A program made the translations under genes and the position numbers. The notes beneath the pieces were generated by a model that ran no database searches, was not told the DNA's origin, and saw nothing but the letters and a program-made list of their open reading frames with translations. A stretch of DNA of 64,000 bases from Gemmatimonadota bacterium (lineage in GTDB: Bacteria; Gemmatimonadota; Gemmatimonadetes; Palauibacterales; KS3-K002), in contig JBDHKG010000040.1 of assembly GCA_039586495.1 (NCBI GenBank), forward strand, positions 6,681-70,680, in the 5' to 3' direction. This document shows positions 10,497 through 19,213 of the stretch, in pieces (position 1 is the stretch's first letter; every line of letters begins with the position of its first letter).

Positions 10497-13139
10497 TCAG
10501 GGGAGCGGCTCGACGTCTGTGTCACGTACGGAAATCACAACCACGCCGTTCTCCGTGACGCCGTACAACTTCAGCAGGACGTTGGCCGGATCCGGAGGCA
10601 ACCGTCGGGTGATCCGCAGCGGCCCGACGATCGGATCCCGAATGAGCATCTCGCCCCGCGAGAAGTCGAAGAAGTAGGTGTCCACGATCTCGACGCGGGC
10701 GTCACCGGAGCCCAGGAACGACAGGCGCTGCTCATCTGGGCCCAGAACCAGGGCGTTCTGGTGATCCGGGTGCAGTGCCGCGCCCACGCCCTCGGGATTG
10801 ACGTCGTTGTTGGTGCCCAGCAAGCGGAGCACGTTGGGGCCACCGGGAACATCCGGACCGAAGAAGAAGGCGACCTCGCCGCGGCCGACCCCCAGGCTGC
10901 CGTCCAGGTTCAGCGCCAGACCGTACACACGCTGGGCGGCGTTCCCTGTGAGGTCCGTGACCTGCAGCGAGTTGGTGATCGTCTGAGTCGCCGACCGATA
11001 CATGATGATGCGACCCGGCCGATCCGGCGTATCGCCCTCGCCGAAGGCGACGAACTCGCGGTCGCCGCTGGCCGCCACGAAGGTCGTGTCCTGGAGGCCG
11101 ATGCTCGAGATGACCAGGTCGGTCAGGATCAACACGTCCCAGCCTGAGCCCATGTTCATCGCATCGACTTGGACCCGGGCGTCCCCAAGCGAATCGCTGA
11201 CAAAGACGCAATCGGCATTAGCCCGGTTGCCACGCTCATGATCGCAGATCTTGAACCGCCGATTGCCGTCCACCCCGAAGACCGAGTCGGCGTTGACGAT
11301 CTGGATCTGCGGGGTCGATGACGCCCTTCGCACCGCGTAGTCGATGAAAAAGCGAAGCTCCCGCTGGCTTGGATCGTATTCGCGGATCGTTCCCGGCTGC
11401 TCATCAGCCAGCGCCGGCCGGGTCGAGTAGAGTATGAGCCCGTTGGCGGCCTGCGCGATGAATTGGGGGCGGTCCGAGAAATCGAAAGCGCGGACGGGAT
11501 AGATCTTGACCCCGAAAGCGTCCCAGTCCTCAACAACCTGGTAGACCTGCAGATCCTGGGTCTGATAGCGGTCCACCTCGCCCTGGATGTTGGCCGCGCC
11601 CGGGGTGCGCGGTCCCAGACTGACGACGGAGATGTTCGTTCCGCCGGAGTTCGACACCAGCAGATTATCCTCTGACAGATCGATCCCCAAACCCCAGGGC
11701 TCGGAGCCCACCGGAACGTTGCGCAGGAATACCTCATTGCGCAGATCGAACGGTCGCACGGCACCGAACTCGAAGTCGGACAGCAGCAGCAACTCGCGCA
11801 GCGTATCGACGGCGGCGTCCGAGATCAGCGCACCCTGCGGGAACCCGACGGTGCGTCCGGAAACGATCAGCCGCTCCTCCACACCACCCGAGATCCCCTG
11901 CGCGAATCGTGGGTCACTCCCCGTGCACGGGAGGCTGGCCTCCGAGCCCTGTGTGTCCACCGTGGCGCCGCAGTTCGCGGGCGTCGCCGCATCGAAAGCC
12001 CAGGCCGTCAGCTCGAAGAACAGGGTGTCCGGGATATCGTCCTCGGTGAATACCGAAGCGAACCGTGGGTCCGCCGGCATGAAGGCGAAATCGAAGGGCA
12101 CGGTGCCGCTGATCGGCGTTGCGAACACGTTGTCATCGAACACCGTAACTGTCACCAAGCCGCCGGTCCTCTCGTTGCGGACCACGACGGTCACGCCCAC
12201 GCGCGTGATTGCGTTCTCCCGATCAAACGCCACGAGCATGACCAGCAGCGAGTCGTCGGCTTCCATGCGCAGCGGTTCGTCCTGACGACGCTGCACGCCG
12301 CCGGTTACCACCATGCTGACGACGGGCGGATTGGCGTCATCGGTGACCTGTTGAGCCACGGTCACGGTGATCGAGGCGAACCCGCTGATGCTGTTGAGGT
12401 TGATCGCCTCAGCCGTGATCGTCAGCTCACCCAAGGCACCGCTTGGGATAAAAAAATCCAGCAGGGTGTCGACGCTGGTGCGGAATTCAGCGAACCGAAT
12501 CGTGTCGGCGGCCGGGATAGCCGGCGGATCCACGTCGGGATTGAACAGCAGCACGTTGAGCTGAGCCAGCCCGGTGGGATCAGTTGCTATGATGCCGACG
12601 CGGATCAGTGTGTTATCGCGAACGGTCTGGCCAGGCATAGGGGAATAGATCGATACGTTCGGTCCACCTAGCCCGCCGCCGGGGCCTCCGCCGACTATGA
12701 CAAACGCAGAACTCTCCGACCGGTTTCCTTGGGAGTCCTCCGCGATGGCACGGACCTGGACCTGGGTGGGCTGCGTGAAGCCGAGGAACCAGCTGGTGTT
12801 GACGGTGAACTCGGTCACACGACCGGCCGTGCGAGCCGTATCGCAGGTCAGCAACCTGCCGAGTGTGATCGTGTCACCTTCTGCGGTGATTATCGTCTCC
12901 AACTGATCGGTTCGACGAATCTCAGTCACCACGAGGGACACACTGATGAAGTCTTCCGCCTTGACGGACGTCTTCAGCGTGTCGCCCGACTGTGACACGT
13001 CAGTGATCGAGATGACTGGCGGGGTCGTATCCACGAGGGGCCCGTAGACGGCGTCATCCTCCTCGCAGGCCGCGATTCCCAACACGGTCACGGCCACTAG
13101 GCCTGCCGTCAGTTGCGCCCATCCCCTTGCACCTAGCAT
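10497..13139 (-). CDS. Large secreted lipoprotein with tandem Ig-like domains and a YVTN-type beta-propeller; immediately downstream of pilQ
   Basis: 880 aa; signal peptide with lipobox (…VLGIAAC); Gly-rich linker; Ig/Big-like repeats; NLLVSNSGGTNISVV-type propeller blades. The 93-bp gap to pilQ suggests co-transcription. Confidence 0.55.
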   Translation of the reverse strand: MLGARGWAQLTAGLVAVTVLGIAACEEDDAVYGPLVDTTPPVISITDVSQSGDTLKTSVKAEDFISVSLVVTEIRRTDQLETIITAEGDTITLGRLLTCDTARTAGRVTEFTVNTSWFLGFTQPTQVQVRAIAEDSQGNRSESSAFVIVGGGPGGGLGGPNVSIYSPMPGQTVRDNTLIRVGIIATDPTGLAQLNVLLFNPDVDPPAIPAADTIRFAEFRTSVDTLLDFFIPSGALGELTITAEAINLNSISGFASITVTVAQQVTDDANPPVVSMVVTGGVQRRQDEPLRMEADDSLLVMLVAFDRENAITRVGVTVVVRNERTGGLVTVTVFDDNVFATPISGTVPFDFAFMPADPRFASVFTEDDIPDTLFFELTAWAFDAATPANCGATVDTQGSEASLPCTGSDPRFAQGISGGVEERLIVSGRTVGFPQGALISDAAVDTLRELLLLSDFEFGAVRPFDLRNEVFLRNVPVGSEPWGLGIDLSEDNLLVSNSGGTNISVVSLGPRTPGAANIQGEVDRYQTQDLQVYQVVEDWDAFGVKIYPVRAFDFSDRPQFIAQAANGLILYSTRPALADEQPGTIREYDPSQRELRFFIDYAVRRASSTPQIQIVNADSVFGVDGNRRFKICDHERGNRANADCVFVSDSLGDARVQVDAMNMGSGWDVLILTDLVISSIGLQDTTFVAASGDREFVAFGEGDTPDRPGRIIMYRSATQTITNSLQVTDLTGNAAQRVYGLALNLDGSLGVGRGEVAFFFGPDVPGGPNVLRLLGTNNDVNPEGVGAALHPDHQNALVLGPDEQRLSFLGSGDARVEIVDTYFFDFSRGEMLIRDPIVGPLRITRRLPPDPANVLLKLYGVTENGVVVISVRDTDVEPLP

Positions 13140-13232
13140 AAGACTATTCCCTCACGTTGTTGCCAGACGGATCGTGGCGCCAAGCGCTATCGAAGCCACT
13201 GGCGCCATACAGCCCTATCGCGCTGCTATGGC

Positions 13233-15062
13233 TTAGTCCACGATGTGCGGCGTCACCAGGATCAGCAGGTCACGCTTGGTGTCGTCGGACCTGACGGTCC
13301 TGAAGAGTCCACCGATGAGGGGGAGGTCCATCAGGATCGGAACACCGCTCTCGCTCTTCGTTACCTCTGTGACGGTGAGGCCGCCGATCACACCGGTCTC
13401 GCCATCGCCCAAGATCAGCCGCGTATCACCTTCCTGGGTCTGGAAGGTGAAGCCGATGTCGCCCGGTGCCAGCGCCACACCAGAGCGCTCGGCGTGCAGG
13501 TCGAGGACGACCTGACGGTCGTTCGTGATGTGCGGCGTCACCTCAAGCTTGATTCCCGTTTCCTCGAACCGTACGGTCGACTGCGGGAACTGGGCCTGCA
13601 AGCCACCTTCCTGAACCTGCTGAGCACCGCCGGCCGCGTAGTCGATCACGCGGATCGGAGTCCGCTCGCCAACCAGGATACTCGCCGGCTGGTTGTCCAT
13701 GGTCTGTATCGTCGGTGCGGCAACGATGTCAGACAGATCCATCCGCTCCAGCACATCCACGAAGTTGAACAGCCGGAAGTCACCGACGGCGACCGCGGTG
13801 AGCAACTGCAGCGCCGGGGCCGCGATTCGGTCTCTGGCGTTCGCCAACGCCGCCACCGACGCTCCCCTGAACGAGACCTGCGTCGAGGTCGTCAACGGTT
13901 TGACGACCACGTCGGGCACGCCGTCGAAGTCAGAGTCCACGATCTCCCATTCTGTCGGGTCGAGCGTCGGACCCGGGGTGGTCTCATTGAGCTGATTCCC
14001 CGCGGCGTCCTTCAGATCCCAGCCGATCCCCATCTCCTCGATATCGCTGCGATCGACGAAGATGATCTTGGCGGAGATCGTCACCTGCGGGGTCCTCACG
14101 TCGAGGTCCTCGATCAACTGCGCGGCGATCTCGATGTTTTCCTCCAGATCCGTGACGATGATCGAGTTCGTCGCCTCATTGGCGATCACCTGGCCACGCT
14201 CCGATATCGCCGGTGTAAGCGCAGTGGCGAGGTCTTGGACCGGCGCGTAGTTGATCTTGAAGATGCGTGTCTGAAGCTGAATCAGCTGCTGCCGCTCCTG
14301 AAGGTTCTGCAACTGGTCGACGCGAATGATGCCGGTGGCCGTCTCGACCGCCGTCAGACCCTGCGCCTCGAGGATCGCTTTGAGGGCAAGGTCCCACGGC
14401 TGGTTTCTGATGTTGGCCGTGATGTTGCCTTCAACACCGGCACCCGGGACGAACGACTTACCGGTGAAATCGGCAAACGTGTTGAGGACGTCGCGAATGT
14501 CCGTGTTCTCAAAAGTGACGGTGATTCTCGGCATCTGGCTGACCGGCGTGGCCTGCTGGCGGAAGGGGCTCTCCGGCTGCTGGCTCTGCGCGGGCGCCTG
14601 CCTCTGCTGCGTCGCGCGCGGCCGCGCCGTGACCGGTGCGGGAGCGGCAGGCTCTGGCGAAGCGCGCCCGCTGGCCCACGAGTCGAATGTCTCGCCCGCC
14701 AGGTTCGGGAACGAGACTCGGATCTCGCCTCCCTGGCGCGTCAGCGTGTAGCTGGTCGGTTCAACCAGCTCCACGACGATGCGAACCACGTCGTCACGGA
14801 ACTGGCTGGTCCGCACCCGCACGACACCGCCGCGATTGATGTTCTCGAAGTTGTCACTCGGCAGAGCGTGACGAGCGCTCTTGAGATCGACGATCAGCCG
14901 GGGCGGGTCAGTGAGCAGGAAGTCCGAGTAGCTGACCTCGCCGCTCGTGCGAATCACGACCTCGGTATACCCGGCCGCTGGTTCCACCCTCAGCTCGGTC
15001 ACGCTTGCAGGGTCGCCACCACCGGCCGAGACCCAGATCAATAGCAGCGCATGGAGCATCAT
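13233..15062 (-). CDS. pilQ: Type IV pilus secretin PilQ
   Basis: 609 aa; N-terminal AMIN-like domain, N0/N1 domains, C-terminal secretin domain (…VPILMDLPLIGGLFR…LLILVTPHIV). Confidence 0.9.
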   Translation of the reverse strand: MMLHALLLIWVSAGGGDPASVTELRVEPAAGYTEVVIRTSGEVSYSDFLLTDPPRLIVDLKSARHALPSDNFENINRGGVVRVRTSQFRDDVVRIVVELVEPTSYTLTRQGGEIRVSFPNLAGETFDSWASGRASPEPAAPAPVTARPRATQQRQAPAQSQQPESPFRQQATPVSQMPRITVTFENTDIRDVLNTFADFTGKSFVPGAGVEGNITANIRNQPWDLALKAILEAQGLTAVETATGIIRVDQLQNLQERQQLIQLQTRIFKINYAPVQDLATALTPAISERGQVIANEATNSIIVTDLEENIEIAAQLIEDLDVRTPQVTISAKIIFVDRSDIEEMGIGWDLKDAAGNQLNETTPGPTLDPTEWEIVDSDFDGVPDVVVKPLTTSTQVSFRGASVAALANARDRIAAPALQLLTAVAVGDFRLFNFVDVLERMDLSDIVAAPTIQTMDNQPASILVGERTPIRVIDYAAGGAQQVQEGGLQAQFPQSTVRFEETGIKLEVTPHITNDRQVVLDLHAERSGVALAPGDIGFTFQTQEGDTRLILGDGETGVIGGLTVTEVTKSESGVPILMDLPLIGGLFRTVRSDDTKRDLLILVTPHIVD

Positions 15063-15502
15063 TCTTGCTCCTCCTCTTCTCTTCGAATGCGCAGTGTCTC
15101 ACTACGCGTCACACCGAACTGGCTGACTTGGAAGACCACTGCGTCCGGCCGGATTTCTACCACCCGTGCGTTGCCTGCGCTGTCACCACGGCGCACGCGA
15201 AACCGCTTGTTCGTGGCGCGGTCGATCAGCGTGGCCACGCTGCCGTGGGACCCTCCGAAGATGATGCCGACAAGATCCAGGTTCTCGAACTGAGGGCCGG
15301 CATCTTCGAGCGTAAGCAGACTGACAAAGGGATCACGGCGGTTATCTGTGGGATAGACGAACTTCTCGCGCCGATATATCACATCGCGTTGCCCAGCCTG
15401 CGCGGCAGCCCGTGTGGTGTCTTGCGGGGCCACCGGGTTCGGCGCGGCGCCGAGTCCCAGGCTGGCAAACGCGCTGACCAAGATCAGAGCAGCACTAACC
15501 AC
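15059..15502 (-). CDS. pilP: Type IV pilus assembly protein PilP
   Basis: PilP core (…DPFVSLL…VGIIFGGSHGSVATLID…FRVRRGDSAG…). Proposed start is a GTG at 15500-15502 with a perfect AAGGAG Shine-Dalgarno 9 nt upstream, overlapping the pilO stop. The ORF-track extension to 15796 is an antisense/upstream artefact. Confidence 0.6.
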   Translation of the reverse strand: MVSAALILVSAFASLGLGAAPNPVAPQDTTRAAAQAGQRDVIYRREKFVYPTDNRRDPFVSLLTLEDAGPQFENLDLVGIIFGGSHGSVATLIDRATNKRFRVRRGDSAGNARVVEIRPDAVVFQVSQFGVTRSETLRIRREEEEQE

Positions 15503-16087
15503 GGGAAGACGCTCCTTGAGCCTGTGGTGCCTCTGTCTGGCCGACAACGCCGAGAACGAAGGTCTCGACCCTGAAAGACACCTCCAGCGGAGCCTCCATG
15601 TCCCGCGTCGCACGGCTGCGGGGTGCGACGCTGATCTGCACACCAGTGGGCTTGATGATCCGCGGAAGCGAGGCGATCCGGGCGAGATACCGCCCGATGT
15701 TGTGGTACTCGCCGAGCACAGACAGCTCCCACGTCTGCCTCGTGTAGTACTCGCCAACTTCACTCGCCTGCGGCCGGAGCCGAGACACGTCCACACCCGT
15801 CAGCTGCGCCTCACGCGTGATCGCGTCCAGCAGCTCCGGCACCTCCTCCGAGTCCGGGATGAACTCCTCGAAGATCCTGAGCTGACGCTCCTGGATCTCC
15901 ATTCCAGCGCTCGCGAGCGCCGGTTCTGGCCTTCCAGCAACTCCAGCCGGCTCTCCAAGGCGCTGACGTTCTCCTGCCTCGGGTCGAGCGCGTACATCTT
16001 CGCGACGTACCAACCGGCCAAGACGAGGCCCGCCATCAGGAGGATTGCCTGTTTCCGTCCTTTGGGATCAGCCGGTAACCAAGCCAC
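15495..16087 (-). CDS. pilO: Type IV pilus assembly protein PilO, interrupted by an apparent +1 frameshift near 15890-15930
   Basis: N-terminal TM and coiled coil (MAWLPADPKGRKQAILLMAGLVLAGWYV…LESRLELLEGQ) in frame of ORF 15800..16087. Periplasmic PilO core (…RIFEEFIPDSEEVPELLDAITREAQLTGV…LPRIIKPTGVQI) in frame of ORF 15495..16013. Joined length ~197 aa is typical of PilO. Confidence 0.65.
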
Positions 16088-16092
16088 GGATC

Positions 16093-16761
16093 TTACTCCC
16101 CTGCCAGGATGATGGGCTCGGTGACGATCGCCGAGGAATCCGGGGCCTGGTACCGAGCCATCAGAACGAAATTGTGCACCAATCTCTGACCCTGCTGTAT
16201 CTGCTCCTGCGAGACCAGCCGAACGTCGCGTATGAACGGCGAGTCCTCAAGGTCGCGCATGAAACGCGTTAGCGCGTAGGTCGCGCCCGTCATCCCGTCG
16301 ATCCGGAACTCGATGCTGCTGCCACTGCCTGACGTCTGCTGCACCCCCATCAGCCAGGTGAAGTCCGGCAGCGCGGCACTCACATCGTCCATGATGTGTG
16401 CCCAGACGAAGCGATCCGAATCGATCTCGCGGATGATCCGCATCTTCTGCTCCAGCGTGTCACGCCGCGCTTCGAGGCTGTCAGCCGCCGCGATCGCTTC
16501 GGCGTAGCGGACGGAGTCCTGACGCTGGATCGTCAGCTCGTCGTCAATCCGACTGATCGAGAGGCCCTGTGTGAAGAACGTGAAGCCGATGTGCAGGACG
16601 GCCAACACCGCGACGGCGACCACACCGATCACCCACGGATCGCCCCTGATCATCTCGCGCAGGCCCTCGAACTTCGGTACCGACGGTTTCCTCGGCCCCT
16701 TCGCCCGCGCCACTCCCCGCTTTCCACCGGGGAGCAGGTTCATCTCAATCAGCGCCAGCAT
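16093..16761 (-). CDS. pilN: Type IV pilus assembly protein PilN
   Basis: 222 aa; INLLP-type N-terminus (IEMNLLPGGKR), single TM, periplasmic PilN domain. Confidence 0.85.
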   Translation of the reverse strand: MLALIEMNLLPGGKRGVARAKGPRKPSVPKFEGLREMIRGDPWVIGVVAVAVLAVLHIGFTFFTQGLSISRIDDELTIQRQDSVRYAEAIAAADSLEARRDTLEQKMRIIREIDSDRFVWAHIMDDVSAALPDFTWLMGVQQTSGSGSSIEFRIDGMTGATYALTRFMRDLEDSPFIRDVRLVSQEQIQQGQRLVHNFVLMARYQAPDSSAIVTEPIILAGE

Positions 16762-16805
16762 CGCAAGATCCGTTCGACCATAGGTTCAGAAGTCGGTAAC
16801 CTGCT

Positions 16806-17852
16806 TCAGGCTGCACGTCGCAGCGCGAGCCCAACGGGAAGCATCAACATCGGACCCATGTCCGCGATCGAGATTAGGTCGAACGCACCTGGGTCCACGT
16901 CCACCCGCTGCACCGGGTTGGCGATCTCGGCCGGTACCTGCAGACGGTCGGCCAACGCTTCCGCCATACGGAGTACGCGGGCACCCCCGCCGCAGACGTA
17001 GATCCTAGACAGGCCCGCGTGTGAGCTGCCCGCGTGCAGAAATGCAGCAGCCCGCTCCACGCCTAGGGCAACCTCCTCGGCGCGCTGGCCGATGAAATCC
17101 TCGAGCTCAGGATCGCTGCTTCGTCCCTCGAGCACGTCCTCCGCCGTCTCGGCCGTGAGCCCGCGTTCCCTCTGCAGGCTCTCACGCAGCCGTCGGGTTC
17201 CGAAGGCGAGATCCCGGGTGAGCACCGGCACGCCGTCTTCGAGCAGATTCACGTTCGTCGTCTCATGACCGATGTTCACGAATCCGACCACGCCGGTCAT
17301 CGCCTCCGGATAGTTCAACTCGAAGGCGTTGTGCAGCGCGAACGCGTCGATGTCGATGATCTCGGGCTCCAACCCCGCATCGAGCAGCAAAGCCACCTTG
17401 TTCTCGATCAGCTCACGCTTGGCCGCCACGAGCAGCACGCTCATTTGCAGACCCTCGTCCAATGGATCGAGAATCTGGAAATCGAGTTCGACGCTCTCCA
17501 TGTCGAACGGAACGTGCTGCTCGGCTTCCCAGCGGATCACTTCCCGGGCATCGGATTCCTTCATCCGATCCATCTGGATCCGCTTGATGATGACGTCGCG
17601 GCCGCCCACCGCCGTCACCACCTTCTTCTCCCTCACTCCCCCCGTCTCGAACAGCGAGCGAATGGTGCTGGCGACCAAGGTCGGGTCCATCACCTCGCCC
17701 TCCACGATCGCATCGGCCACCAACGGCGCGGCAGCGGCACTCACGACGCGCGGCCGCCCCTTCCCGTGCTGCATGACGACCAGCTTGATGTAGCCGCTGC
17801 CGATGTCGAGTCCTACGGTCCGCTTGCTGCGGCCCAGTCCGAAGAGAGCCAT
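16806..17852 (-). CDS. pilM: Type IV pilus assembly ATPase-like protein PilM
   Basis: 348 aa; actin-like fold, VGLDIGSGYIKLVV N-terminus. Confidence 0.9.
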   Translation of the reverse strand: MALFGLGRSKRTVGLDIGSGYIKLVVMQHGKGRPRVVSAAAAPLVADAIVEGEVMDPTLVASTIRSLFETGGVREKKVVTAVGGRDVIIKRIQMDRMKESDAREVIRWEAEQHVPFDMESVELDFQILDPLDEGLQMSVLLVAAKRELIENKVALLLDAGLEPEIIDIDAFALHNAFELNYPEAMTGVVGFVNIGHETTNVNLLEDGVPVLTRDLAFGTRRLRESLQRERGLTAETAEDVLEGRSSDPELEDFIGQRAEEVALGVERAAAFLHAGSSHAGLSRIYVCGGGARVLRMAEALADRLQVPAEIANPVQRVDVDPGAFDLISIADMGPMLMLPVGLALRRAA

Positions 17853-17957
17853 GGCTGTGAAAGGTCTAGGTTCCTAGGGTGAAAGCTCGCTCGACCTCAT
17901 GTGACGGTGAAAGCGAAGGTAACTAAGCTGTAGTGGGACCTAGGGGTAGGGCTCTCT

Positions 17958-17986
17958 ACAATAGCCCCCCGTGGTCACTTTGTCAA
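17958..17986 (-). promoter_or_regulatory. Sigma-70-like promoter upstream of pilMNOPQ
   Basis: Minus strand: TTGACA, 17-nt spacer, TATTGT, ~100 nt upstream of the pilM ATG. Confidence 0.35.
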
Positions 17987-18028
17987 CCATAGGCGGGGGG
18001 GACAGCACGGGGCCGCCCTGGGGCAGCC

Positions 18029-19213
18029 CTACTCCAATATCTCCAGCCAGGCGAATTGCGCAAGGGGGTGCGGGACTTGGAGTTTCGAGCCCTGGACGGC
18101 CCGTCGAATCGCGCAGCGGCTGTAGCTGATTCCCGCCCCTCCGCCGACCAGGTTGGACTCGCGGTCCTCGTTGTGAACCCACGCCGCCCCATACACCTGG
18201 CTACCGTGGTCAGTCAGCGTGAGCCTTCCCTTCACGATCAGCACACCGTAGAACTCGAACCCACCCGTGAGCGTCAAGTCTCCATCAACCAGGAGGATAC
18301 CCTGTCCGCTGCCTGGGGACTCGATAGTCAGGTCGCCCGCTGCGTAGATGATCGGGAAGTAGTCGAAGCACGGGTGGCCCGGCAAACGCGGGGCGCCCCA
18401 GTTCGCTATCGCCGAGCGGGCACAGTCACCAGGTGGGCCCACGCGCGGCCGGATCTCCCTGAGCCTCGCATCCCCCGCGTGCACGATGTCGGCCAGTTCG
18501 GCCCGTTCCCGGAATAGCCGATCCACATCGCTCCGGACACCTGCTTCCGGGCTCGGTCGCTGGGCGACGGGAGGGCTGCCGTCGACGACCGCGCTCGGTT
18601 CCAGCCGAACCAGGTGGGCATCGTCGGTCACAACACCCGGCCGCCCGCCAGGGGCAACAGCTGCGCAGATCGCCGAATCCGCCGCCCAGGAACCCGGTAC
18701 GAGATCGATGCCGCGGATCACGCCTCCATCCGCCACCTGCAGCTCCCCCCGCGTCGTCAGTGCGGCGTCACAGCAGAGGTCGTCGCTGGGACTTGCACGC
18801 AACAGCAAGGCAACCTGTCGACGACCGCCCCAAGCACCGTGGGCTCGGCCCGCCGACAGAGCGAGATAGTAGGCTTGGCCCGCGTGTTGCCCAGAATCCA
18901 GCCGCGTGACCCGTACCGCATAACGCTCGCCGGAGACCAGCTGCCCGGACGCCATCAACACCGTGGCGCCGTGGGGCAGCGAATCCACCGCAGCCACATC
19001 CCAGTTGGCCAGCGCGACGCGGAGGCCGGCCTCGGCGGCGTAGAAGGCGGCGCTCGCTCGTGACCCGGCGACCCCGACACGCAACTGCTGCATCGCGACG
19101 TACAGACCGCCGCTCGCCAGAGCCGCGATGATCACGACGGCGAGGATCGCCATAGTGAGGGCAAACCCGCCGCGGTCTATGGTCACGCTGGGCTGGGTCA
19201 TCCGGGCCATCAT
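18029..19213 (-). CDS. pilX: PilX-like minor pilin / pilus assembly protein (PilX N-terminal domain plus ~200-aa C-terminal extension)
   Basis: 394 aa; RGGFALTMAILAVVIIAALASG class-III signal/PilX_N region without Glu+5. Long Cys-containing beta-rich C-terminal part. Confidence 0.65.
   Translation of the reverse strand: MMARMTQPSVTIDRGGFALTMAILAVVIIAALASGGLYVAMQQLRVGVAGSRASAAFYAAEAGLRVALANWDVAAVDSLPHGATVLMASGQLVSGERYAVRVTRLDSGQHAGQAYYLALSAGRAHGAWGGRRQVALLLRASPSDDLCCDAALTTRGELQVADGGVIRGIDLVPGSWAADSAICAAVAPGGRPGVVTDDAHLVRLEPSAVVDGSPPVAQRPSPEAGVRSDVDRLFRERAELADIVHAGDARLREIRPRVGPPGDCARSAIANWGAPRLPGHPCFDYFPIIYAAGDLTIESPGSGQGILLVDGDLTLTGGFEFYGVLIVKGRLTLTDHGSQVYGAAWVHNEDRESNLVGGGAGISYSRCAIRRAVQGSKLQVPHPLAQFAWLEILE

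Noticed and set aside
13245-15044. 599-aa plus-strand ORF antisense to pilQ; similar long antisense ORFs 6329..8269 (+), 21879..23696 (+) and 26803..28203 (-)
   Set aside because: These are Arg/Pro/Gly-rich low-complexity translations with no domains, each fully overlapping a well-supported gene on the opposite strand. They are typical high-GC shadow ORFs.
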